From IMG/VR virus record IMGVR_UViG_3300036784_000146, positions 32,001 through 96,000 of that record: 64,000 bases of DNA; one strand, given 5' to 3'. The position numbers and the translations under genes are program-made. This stretch comes from a virus. Taxonomy: Duplodnaviria; Caudoviricetes. Below, piece by piece: positions 8,740 through 16,847 of the stretch (positions are counted from its first letter, which is position 1; every line of letters begins with the position of its first letter). Under the pieces are notes generated by a model that was given only the letters and a program-made list of their open reading frames with translations, did no database searches and was not told the DNA's origin.

Positions 8740-9326
8740 TGCGGTTCCTCCCTGTTCTACTGGGGTTGTTTGCTGCGTTCTGTCTGGGGATCGCTCCCGC
8801 GCACGCCAACATCGGTGGCAGCGTGCCCAGCCCGGGCGAGTGCGACTACCCCGGCGTCGGTACGTTCGGCGCCGCCTTCGGTGAATACGACGCGGGCTGT
8901 GCCTTTCCTACCGAGATCAACGGCAGTCACTGGCAGCTGCTTTACGGCGGCGGGATGTGGTCGGTGCAGGCCGGGGTGGGTTTCAGCCTGGCCGTCACTT
9001 TGAATTTCCAGGTCAACTCGCCCGCCGGTGTACTGCGCGGGATCACTTACTGGGCCTGCCCGGATCTCTCCATGGCCGAGCCCCCCAACCCACCGGGGGC
9101 CTGGAACCAGCACATCACCCCTTCCCCGTGCAAGACGGTCGCTCCCCGGCCGGTGCTACTGCGCGACGAGCCCCCGCCTCCACCCTTCGGGGTTCCCCCG
9201 CCTCCGCCGCCTCCTGCCGATATTGAGCCGCCGCTTCCCGCCGGTCCTCCGATGACCCCTCAGACCGGGGCCCAGACCAACCCCACCCCGGGTAATCCGG
9301 TGGCTCCCGACAGTCCCCGCCGTTAA
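8739..9326 (+). CDS. secreted Cys-containing protein with Pro-rich tail
   Basis: Sec signal MRFLPVLLGLFAAFCLGIAPAHA (AxA site); start overlaps the lysB stop. Confidence 0.65.
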   Translation: MRFLPVLLGLFAAFCLGIAPAHANIGGSVPSPGECDYPGVGTFGAAFGEYDAGCAFPTEINGSHWQLLYGGGMWSVQAGVGFSLAVTLNFQVNSPAGVLRGITYWACPDLSMAEPPNPPGAWNQHITPSPCKTVAPRPVLLRDEPPPPPFGVPPPPPPPADIEPPLPAGPPMTPQTGAQTNPTPGNPVAPDSPRR

Positions 9327-9332
9327 GGCCCC

Positions 9333-9372
9333 TGTAACACGCCCGATCCGGCCCGAGAAAGGGAGAAGGGAC
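9333..9372 (+). promoter_or_regulatory. bipartite TGT-N22-AAAGGG motif, copy 2
   Basis: CCTGTAA (TGT at 9333), AAAGGGAGAAGGGA from 9358. Confidence 0.55.
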
Positions 9373-9402
9373 GTTTCATTGGCTGACGGAAGCAGGGTCG
9401 CA

Positions 9403-11367
9403 ATGTCCGGTGGTTGTTTTGAAGTTTTGGCCGCATCGGAGGACGAGCAGAAGCTCGCCCAACAGCAAGCAGGTGACAGGCTTGCCGCCGCCGTCTATGA
9501 CGTGCGCCAGGAGTTTGGTGACTTCCTGTTCAAGGCCGCCAACATCCAGGAGTTCCGCACCCGGGTGGCACTGGTCAAGGACGACATGATGAAAGTCGTC
9601 GATCGCCACCTTCCGCCGGTGTCCGGCGTGATGGGCCGCATCGCGGTGCGCCGGGGCTCGATCCTGGAACGCCAGTTCAAGGCCTTCAAGAAGGGCGCCC
9701 CGTTCGCCGACTATGACAACTTCGCCGACTGCACTTCCAAGAACAGCGACAAGGACAACCCCGACGCCTACTGCGGGGAGATCAAGCACCGTACCGAGGA
9801 CAAGACAAGCGCCCGGCGGCTGGAAGCGACCCACAGCATCGTCGCCGACGACCCGCACTTGGGCTGGTTCGCGGTCGCCGACGCCACCTCCGGCGCCGGT
9901 GAGTACGTGAACGACATGGAGGGCCAGCTGTCCGGCGGGTCGGCGATGCCTCCCTCTCCTCTCACGTCAGGTGATCCCACCGGCGGCATGCTGGGCGACA
10001 CGGTGGTCCCAGGCAACATCCCAGGCAATCCCGGGATCGAGGGGGACAAGCCCACGATGCCCGGCGGCCTGAAGAGCTGGGGCCGTCGACGGCACTGGGC
10101 CACCGGCGAGGGCGGTGCGTTGTCCACTGACGAGACCTATCACCCTGAGTCCGGCGCGCTGATCCCTGAGGGCGACTGGCACGGCTTCCAGGACAGTGTC
10201 GACCAGGGTGCGGAGTCCAAGGTCGACGACGCGTTCGCCTCCGGCGAGCACGACAAGCACTACGACGGCGACCCGTCGAACACCGACTTCGTCAGCGGCC
10301 ACGAGGCGGCCTGGGTCGGCCCAGACCAGCACAGCTACGTGGGCAAGCCGAAGGGTCAAGATGCTGAAGACTGGGGAAACTGGGAAGAGCACCTGAAGTC
10401 CCGAAGTGCCGATCCTCGCAATCGCGAACACCCTTTGGTGCAAGACGCCAGGGACTCTCACGACCGGGCCATTGGGGCCCGGCGACGTCAAGCGGTGGAC
10501 GACGACAACAACGGCATCTACAACGTCATGCAGGGGCAGGGCTTCGGTCCCGAGCACGAGACCGGTGGGTTCGACGAAGCGTTCCCCTCCAAGATGGGCG
10601 CTCTGACTCTGCGCTACCTGTCGTTTTGCCATCGCAACAACCTGGCGCCGACGCTGGCCAGCCTGGAACGCCACGGCAAGAGGCTTGATCCTGGCGAGTA
10701 CTTAGCGCTCGCCAACGGGCTGGACAAGCTGGCCCGGCTGCCTCGGTCCGAGAAGGTCAAGGTGGCCCGGCTGGTGGACTGGACGCTGCGCCAGGCCGAG
10801 ACCTACCACGGCGAGGGCGACGTCGAGGACAAGTCGGGTCCTTTCGCTGGTCCGCACGGCTCCTTCCCGGTCGGCACCGAGAGCGACCTGAGTGGCGCCA
10901 AGGACGTGTGCAATATGCCTTCGGTGCACGGCAAGCACCCGGGCACGTGCGACCGCATCGAGCACATGCAGAAACCGGCTGCCCGACGGCGTCGAGCTGC
11001 ACCGGACTATCTGATGAAGGCCAAGGACGCGCTGGAAGGCCTGCTCAATCAGAAGGCCGAGGAGTTCCAGACTGGCGTGGCCCCGCTGCAGCAGGCGCTG
11101 CAGGTGGTCCAGCAGTCTCAGGCCATCGAGCAGGCCAACAACCCGCTTAGTGTCCAGCCCCCGGCGGGCACCGTAAACGTCTTGCCCGATCCTCCACAGG
11201 GTATGCCCGGCGCTCCGGCGGCTGGCGGCGGCGCTCCGGCGGACCAGAACGCTCCCCCTCCGGCAGCCGACGCAGCTGGTCTGTCAGGGATGCCTCCTGA
11301 CCCCACCCAGCAGATGGCGGCGAGCCGGAGGCGTGGTGGTCACCCAAAAGGCCGGGTCCCCGCGTAG
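9403..11367 (+). CDS. large low-complexity head-region protein (short form of a frameshifted gene)
   Basis: Long ORF, likely ATG at 9403; modular blocks separated by Arg-rich x-Ala motifs. Confidence 0.75.
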   Translation: MSGGCFEVLAASEDEQKLAQQQAGDRLAAAVYDVRQEFGDFLFKAANIQEFRTRVALVKDDMMKVVDRHLPPVSGVMGRIAVRRGSILERQFKAFKKGAPFADYDNFADCTSKNSDKDNPDAYCGEIKHRTEDKTSARRLEATHSIVADDPHLGWFAVADATSGAGEYVNDMEGQLSGGSAMPPSPLTSGDPTGGMLGDTVVPGNIPGNPGIEGDKPTMPGGLKSWGRRRHWATGEGGALSTDETYHPESGALIPEGDWHGFQDSVDQGAESKVDDAFASGEHDKHYDGDPSNTDFVSGHEAAWVGPDQHSYVGKPKGQDAEDWGNWEEHLKSRSADPRNREHPLVQDARDSHDRAIGARRRQAVDDDNNGIYNVMQGQGFGPEHETGGFDEAFPSKMGALTLRYLSFCHRNNLAPTLASLERHGKRLDPGEYLALANGLDKLARLPRSEKVKVARLVDWTLRQAETYHGEGDVEDKSGPFAGPHGSFPVGTESDLSGAKDVCNMPSVHGKHPGTCDRIEHMQKPAARRRRAAPDYLMKAKDALEGLLNQKAEEFQTGVAPLQQALQVVQQSQAIEQANNPLSVQPPAGTVNVLPDPPQGMPGAPAAGGGAPADQNAPPPAADAAGLSGMPPDPTQQMAASRRRGGHPKGRVPA

Positions 11368-11372
11368 GGGAC
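11343..11372 (+). other. -1 programmed ribosomal frameshift signal
   Basis: C CCA AAA heptamer in register with the zero frame, 6-nt spacer, then a GTCCCC-GCGTA-GGGGAC hairpin. Confidence 0.7.
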
Positions 11373-12077
11373 GTCGTCAAGGACTACCAGAGCTGGCTGA
11401 ACCGGCGCCCGGACAACCGGGGCGGTTCGGATCTCGAAGAGTTCGCCGTCGAGCATCCCATCGGTGACCGTGCCAAGCGCACCCTGCAGGAGCAGATGTA
11501 CGGCCAGCCGTCGCAGACCACGGCGGCCTACCAGGCGGCCTGCAAGGTATTCGGCAAGCAGGCCGTCGACGCCAGTCGTCGCGGCCGCACCGCGTCTCGC
11601 AAGCAGGCCTGGATGGGCTGGGGCCCTGCCCAGCTCGACCATCACCCCCGGGTGGCCGGATGGGACTGGGATCCGCACCTTGAGGCCTACACGGCCAGGA
11701 CACCCGGCCGGTTCGCCTGCTCGTGCGGCAATCAGATGGACATGCCCGGCCATCACGAGTGCAAGTGCGGGCGGCTGTACAACGGCTACGTGATCGGTAC
11801 CGGCGGATCCAACCACGAGGCCAGCGCCGAGAAGTATCTGGTGCGTGAGATCACCGTGCGCCCCGACGTCATCGTGGCCAACAAACAAGCGGCGCCGTCC
11901 GGCTACTACGGCAGCCCCGCTTACGATCCCGACGACCCCGACGCCGACTTCCCGTCAGACCACCACCCGTCCGTCGGCCGTCAGCCAGCAACCCCGGACG
12001 ACTGGGCGCACCGCAACGAGAAGAACGATTGGACGTCTCATCCGTTGCCCCGGCGTAAGAGGCGCCAGCCAGCTTGA
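11343..12077 (+). CDS. -1 frame extension of the 9403 gene (Zn-finger-like CxC..CxC domain)
   Basis: Frame is open and coding-like from 11343 (PKRPGPRVGDVVKDYQSWLN...), ~50 codons before the first ATG at 11496; contains FACSCG...HECKCG. Confidence 0.65.
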   Translation, partial: PKRPGPRVGDVVKDYQSWLNRRPDNRGGSDLEEFAVEHPIGDRAKRTLQEQMYGQPSQTTAAYQAACKVFGKQAVDASRRGRTASRKQAWMGWGPAQLDHHPRVAGWDWDPHLEAYTARTPGRFACSCGNQMDMPGHHECKCGRLYNGYVIGTGGSNHEASAEKYLVREITVRPDVIVANKQAAPSGYYGSPAYDPDDPDADFPSDHHPSVGRQPATPDDWAHRNEKNDWTSHPLPRRKRRQPA

Positions 12078-12107
12078 CTTCCTCCCAAGGCCGAGGCCGA
12101 GGGATTC

Positions 12108-12234
12108 CCACAAGGAGATTCGACATGCTGAGTGTACAGCTAAAGCGGGCAGGGGCACCGTTTGGTTATCGCGGTATCGCCCCTGCCCGCAAAGTGGCAT
12201 CTTCCACACCTGGGGGTGTCGAATCTCCTTGTGG
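12108..12234. repeat. nested perfect inverted repeats (candidate structured RNA)
   Basis: 18-bp CCACAAGGAGATTCGACA/TGTCGAATCTCCTTGTGG enclosing 12-bp GCGGGCAGGGGC/GCCCCTGCCCGC. Confidence 0.75.
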
Positions 12235-12372
12235 AGGTTCGCGGATCGTCGCCGTGTCTAACTGCACAAGAAGGCTTACCGCGCTGCCACCGCCAGCCCG
12301 GCGGCGGGTTCCGAGGAACGTATTTAACGATAGCAGTCGATTAAAGGCGGGAGTTTTGCCGGGCGGTTTTGC

Positions 12373-12732
12373 ATGATTGGCACGGTGTGCCAAGGCTGCA
12401 AGCAGCTCGCCGAGATCGCCCACACCGATAGCCTCGGCCTCGGCTACTGCGCTCGGTGCGCCAAGGACATCCCAATCCAAAGCGAGACACTGGGTTTGGA
12501 GTACCTGATAGCCAACCCCCCGTTCTTCCCCGGCGATCGAGTAGAGTGCCGGACCGGCGGAGAGATTTTCGACGGAGTCGGAACCGTCCAGGAGATGAGT
12601 TTCGATTTCGAGCACGGGGGAACTTTGATCTATCCTGCCTTCCGCGTGACCATCGACGAACCTGCCAACGAGCACAGTCCGGTCGAAGGCTGGTGGACCG
12701 AGGTCTGCTTGAAGAAGGTGGGTAAGCCATGA
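12373..12732 (+). CDS. hypothetical protein with N-terminal CxxC...CxxC
   Basis: CQGC and CARC pairs; stop overlaps the portal start. Confidence 0.6.
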   Translation: MIGTVCQGCKQLAEIAHTDSLGLGYCARCAKDIPIQSETLGLEYLIANPPFFPGDRVECRTGGEIFDGVGTVQEMSFDFEHGGTLIYPAFRVTIDEPANEHSPVEGWWTEVCLKKVGKP

Positions 12733-15305
12733 CGGCGCCGGGCGGGCGGTTCTGGACCGGCAACCCCGATGCCGAGATGCGCCGTCTGCGGGCGGCCGGG
12801 GCCACGCTCCCCAACTCCGCGCCGAGGGCCCGGCTGGAAGCCAAACGCTTCGGCGATCAGATACGCAGCGGCTCCCTGGTGGACAACACCAACCGGATGA
12901 TGGGTGCCGACTTCCGGCGCCGCCGGGCCTCAGGCCTGCGTACCGGTGCCAACGTCCAGATGGCGATGCCCAAGTTCCGCACCCCGCTGGGCTCCCTGGA
13001 AGACAAGAACGTCCCGTTCAACGTCGAGGACCGCAAGGAGCTGCAGGAATGCCGCCGGTGGGCGCGGGCCTTCTATATCACCCACGACCTGGTCCCGCTG
13101 CTGATCGACATCTACGCGCGCTTCCCGCTGGTTGGCTTGGAGTTCAAGAGCACCGACCCGCTGATCGAGAAGTTCTACACCCAGATGTTCCTCAACGACC
13201 TGGACTACGAGAACTTCCTGCCCGACAGCCTGGGCCGCGAGTACTACGTCGCCGGTGAGGTCACCACGCTGGCTCATTTCAACGAGTCGCTGGGCATCTG
13301 GTCGTCGGAGGAGGTCCTCAACCCCGACTTCGTGCGGGTGTCCAAGGGCCTGTTCGTCGAGGAGGAACGTGTCCAGCTGATGGTCAAGGACCTCGTCGAC
13401 GGCCTACGCGACGGGCCGCAGGGGATGGGCCCCGACGAGGAGACCCGCAGCGAGCGCGAGGAGCGCCTCTACGAGTACCGCATGCTGGTGCAGAACTACC
13501 CCGAGATCATCCGCGCCGCCCAGATGGAAGACGGCCTGGACATCAGCCCGGCCAAGTGGAGCCGCATCGTCAACAAGAGCGCCCCGTGGCATGAGTACGG
13601 CACGCCGCCGCTGTTGCGCAGCTTCCGCACCCTGATGATGGAGGAGTCCCTCAACGCTGCTCAGGACGCCGTGGCGGACCGTTTGTACTCCCCGATGATC
13701 GTGGCCACCCTGGGCCTGGAAAACATGGGCGACGGGCTGCCCTGGATCCCGATGCAGTCCGACCTCGACGACCTGCGCGACGACATGCAGAACGCGTTCA
13801 TGGCCGACTTCAAGCTCGTCTGCCACCACATGGGCCTCAACGTGGAGAACGTCTTCGGCCGCGAGTCGGTCCCCCGATTCGATCAGGACTACGAGCGCAT
13901 CGACCTCAAGCTGATGCAGGCCTGGGGCATCGGCTCGGCACTGATCATGGGCGGCACCGGCGCGGCCGGTACCTACGCCAGCTCGGCACTGAACCGCGAG
14001 GTGTGCGAGCTGCTGATGAAGAGCTACCAGAAGAAGGTCATCCGCCACATCGTGAAGCGGATGGAAGTCATTGCCGAGGCCCAGCAGCACTACGCCTACG
14101 AGAAGAAGGGCGGCTACCGGCGGCCCCTCTACAAGGAGGTCGTGCAGTTCAACGAGGAGACCGGCGAGGAAGAGATCGTCCGCGTTCCGCAGCTGCTGAT
14201 TCCCAAGGTTGAGTTCGCCTCGCTCAACTTGCGCGACGAGACCCAAGAGCGTTCGTTCATGATGGAACTCAAGCAGGCCGGGGTGCCGATCAGCGACAAG
14301 AGCTTGGCGATCAACATCCCGATCGATTTCGAGCAAGAGCTGCCTCGCGGCGCCGACGAGACGGTCGACAAGCTGGTGGCCCAGGCCGAGGCGATGGGCA
14401 AGGCCCAGTCGATTATCGACCACAAGGACCTGCCGTACCCCGCCGAGCTGGCCCAGTACCTGACTCAGACCCTGATCCTGCGCCAGCAGCTGGCCCAGAC
14501 CAAGATGATGGAGGGCCAGGAGGAGATGCAGGAGACCGCCCAGCAGCAGCAGACTCCCGCCGGTGCGATGGGTGCACTGCCCGGCGTCCCGCCAGCTCCC
14601 CCGCCGCAGCCTGAGGGCGGCGAAGGCGAGGATGGCCAGTTGCCGCCTCCGGGCCCGATGCCCGTCCCGATGCTGCCCGGCGACGGCGGTCCGCCCATGG
14701 GCCCCGGTGGTCCGATGCCCATGCCGCCCCAGATGGCCTCTCCGGAGATGCAGACCGAGATGGGGCTGGTGGCCGCCAAGGGGCAGAAGCGCACGCCCTT
14801 CCAGGTCAATGCCCCACATGCCGGTGGCCCCGGAATCCTGCCGCCCGACATGGAGTTCGGCAACGAGAACGAGTTCGGAGGCGGACAGCCTTCCGAGGTC
14901 GTCGAGCCCCCGCGCAACCGCACTCGTCCCGAGGAGAGCGACGAGATGCGGGCCAACTCCCCGCGCAAGGCCACCCGGGTGGGCCGTAGCGGGATCCGCA
15001 AGAAGGCCGAGTTCGAGATGGACCCCAGCTCCTACGGCCACCGCAACCGGGTCAGCGAGAGCGCGGTGGAGAAGGCCGTCCGGCGCCGGGAGGCCCAGGC
15101 CAACCCGCCCCGGGTCGACGAGCTGATCCAGGACCCCAAGTTCTACGCCCTTACCGGCATCGGCGGTTACCAGGCCCAGATCCAAGGCGACTTCCCGCAC
15201 ATCATGGCCGGTGACGACGACGACAGCACCAAGGAGTCGATCCAGATTCTTGAGGACGCGTTACTGCAGTACGAGCGGCAAACAGGAGTGAGGCCGATAT
15301 GGTGA
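12729..15305 (+). CDS. portal protein
   Basis: 858 aa; LIDIYARFP, GREYYVAGE, EEVLNPD, GTPPLLRSFRTL..EE.L..AQ.A.A.R and Y.S..LN segments resemble large-myovirus portals; position ahead of protease and capsid. Confidence 0.8.
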   Translation: MTAPGGRFWTGNPDAEMRRLRAAGATLPNSAPRARLEAKRFGDQIRSGSLVDNTNRMMGADFRRRRASGLRTGANVQMAMPKFRTPLGSLEDKNVPFNVEDRKELQECRRWARAFYITHDLVPLLIDIYARFPLVGLEFKSTDPLIEKFYTQMFLNDLDYENFLPDSLGREYYVAGEVTTLAHFNESLGIWSSEEVLNPDFVRVSKGLFVEEERVQLMVKDLVDGLRDGPQGMGPDEETRSEREERLYEYRMLVQNYPEIIRAAQMEDGLDISPAKWSRIVNKSAPWHEYGTPPLLRSFRTLMMEESLNAAQDAVADRLYSPMIVATLGLENMGDGLPWIPMQSDLDDLRDDMQNAFMADFKLVCHHMGLNVENVFGRESVPRFDQDYERIDLKLMQAWGIGSALIMGGTGAAGTYASSALNREVCELLMKSYQKKVIRHIVKRMEVIAEAQQHYAYEKKGGYRRPLYKEVVQFNEETGEEEIVRVPQLLIPKVEFASLNLRDETQERSFMMELKQAGVPISDKSLAINIPIDFEQELPRGADETVDKLVAQAEAMGKAQSIIDHKDLPYPAELAQYLTQTLILRQQLAQTKMMEGQEEMQETAQQQQTPAGAMGALPGVPPAPPPQPEGGEGEDGQLPPPGPMPVPMLPGDGGPPMGPGGPMPMPPQMASPEMQTEMGLVAAKGQKRTPFQVNAPHAGGPGILPPDMEFGNENEFGGGQPSEVVEPPRNRTRPEESDEMRANSPRKATRVGRSGIRKKAEFEMDPSSYGHRNRVSESAVEKAVRRREAQANPPRVDELIQDPKFYALTGIGGYQAQIQGDFPHIMAGDDDDSTKESIQILEDALLQYERQTGVRPIW

Positions 15306-15805
15306 TGGGCAGGTTGACCAACATCGTGCACGCCACCCTGGACATGGGCGAGTTGATAGGCTTCCTTATCCGGGGTCCGGGGCTCTCTCCCTCCTTCAAC
15401 GGGGAGCAGGCGTTGGTTGGGGGTGATCCCGAGCCGAACACCAACGGCCACGAGTTACCGGCGCCCCCCGTTGTTCCGCAGCCGATCGAGCAATGGGGGT
15501 TGCGGTTGCCGAACGGCAACATCGTCTGGGAGAACTGCCTCTATCAAGGGCTGCCGATTCGGGAGCCGGACCAGCGCCAGGTCTTGGTAAACGTCCTGCG
15601 CCGTACGGCGGCCGACCTCGATTTTGACGAGGGCACCTTCCTGGGCCACTATGGCTGGGCCCGGCGCTTCGGCATCCCGGCGGTGCAATGGGGGGATATC
15701 ACCGTGCACCCCTTGACAATTGAAAACAGTGGTTCCGACACGCCCAGGGCGAACGGTATGTTAGAGGGTCCCGGCGTGTCGGAAATTGGTTCACCGAATA
15801 GGTAA
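15299..15805 (+). CDS. hypothetical protein (168 aa)
   Basis: Overlaps the portal stop; RBS present. Confidence 0.6.
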   Translation: MVMGRLTNIVHATLDMGELIGFLIRGPGLSPSFNGEQALVGGDPEPNTNGHELPAPPVVPQPIEQWGLRLPNGNIVWENCLYQGLPIREPDQRQVLVNVLRRTAADLDFDEGTFLGHYGWARRFGIPAVQWGDITVHPLTIENSGSDTPRANGMLEGPGVSEIGSPNR

Positions 15806-15879
15806 ATTTTCAGGTAAGGTGTGACGGTATCCCATGGCAACGATTAGGTGGGGAACGTCGCCCGAACAAGGGAAAGTGA

Positions 15880-16179
15880 TTGTCTGACATGAAGTCTGAC
15901 TCCGAGAATGCTGTCGATGTCTACTATCTGACGCTGCCAGTGGCTAGTTCGGACCAAGCCAGAAGTTTGGCCAACTACCTGAACGCCCATGGGGTGGAAG
16001 CGGTTCCGGACGGCAACGACGGCGTCACGTGCCCAGTGGCCAAGGACGAGACGGTTAGCGACATCCGCCAGTTGCAGAAGTCGTGGTACAAATTCTGGGA
16101 ACACTCCGATGCCGAAGTTTTCGGACTGTCCGTCTACGTCAAGCCTGCCGGGGTAACCTGCAGCCATGAGTCTCCCTGA
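15880..16179 (+). CDS. hypothetical protein (~99 aa)
   Basis: ORF overlapping the next gene start. Confidence 0.55.
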   Translation: MSDMKSDSENAVDVYYLTLPVASSDQARSLANYLNAHGVEAVPDGNDGVTCPVAKDETVSDIRQLQKSWYKFWEHSDAEVFGLSVYVKPAGVTCSHESP

Positions 16180-16807
16180 CATCGAAGCCAATATCGAGGC
16201 TGCCATGGATTGGGCTCGATCGGTCAACGGCCAGCCCTACTTCAAGACCGCCGACGCCGAAGAGGCCAAGCAGTCCGGCGGCATGATCGCGCTTTACCCA
16301 CGCACCGACTTCGCTCAGATGTTGGCCGTGCCCGGCGGGGAGCCCGAAGACGACCTGCACCTGACCTTGGTCTTCCTGGGCGATGACGTCAGCACTCTGG
16401 ACCCCGCGAACCTAGGCGCGATCGTCGGCCGGGTCGCCGATTCCTACACCGAGATCACCGCGCGCGTCTTCGGTCACGCCGTGCTCAACCCCGACGGCGC
16501 CGAGGGCCGTGACCCCTGTGGTGTTTACCTGGTAGGTCATTCCCCCGAACTGAGCCAGATCCATGATGACGTGCGCGAGGCCGCCGAGATGGGTGCTCAG
16601 ATCCCCGAGCAGCACGATCCCTGGCTGCCTCACATCACCGCCGGATACGCCTCTCAGATGGGCGAAAGCACCCAGGTACGGGAGTACACCGGAGAGGTGA
16701 TTTTCGATCGTCTGGGGCTCGCTGTGGCCGGGGAAACGCAGTTCTATCCCTTCCATGGTGCCTCGATTGCGGCCGCATATACCTCTCTTGCGCACTGGCC
16801 CCTGTAG
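16166..16807 (+). CDS. 2H phosphoesterase (2'-5' RNA ligase/Acb1-like fold)
   Basis: Two HxT motifs, LHLTLVFLG and WLPHITAGY. Confidence 0.85.
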   Translation: MSLPDIEANIEAAMDWARSVNGQPYFKTADAEEAKQSGGMIALYPRTDFAQMLAVPGGEPEDDLHLTLVFLGDDVSTLDPANLGAIVGRVADSYTEITARVFGHAVLNPDGAEGRDPCGVYLVGHSPELSQIHDDVREAAEMGAQIPEQHDPWLPHITAGYASQMGESTQVREYTGEVIFDRLGLAVAGETQFYPFHGASIAAAYTSLAHWPL

Positions 16808-16842
16808 ATAGCGGTCTTCCGCCCTAGGAAAGGGTAGGAGGA
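16803..16842 (+). promoter_or_regulatory. bipartite TGT-N23-AAAGGG motif, copy 3
   Basis: CCTGTAG (TGT at 16803), AAAGGGTAGGAGGA from 16829. Confidence 0.55.
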
Positions 16843-16847
16843 CTGCG

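Noticed and set aside
13404-15200. Long minus-strand ORFs (also 4285-5670, 16824-18479, 44175-46496, 56860-58779, 59382-61565, 61601-63412)
   Set aside because: Antisense shadows of GC3-rich plus-strand genes; no motifs or RBS
15713-15745. TTGACA hexamer as a SigA promoter
   Set aside because: No acceptable -10 at 16-19 bp; lies within a CDS
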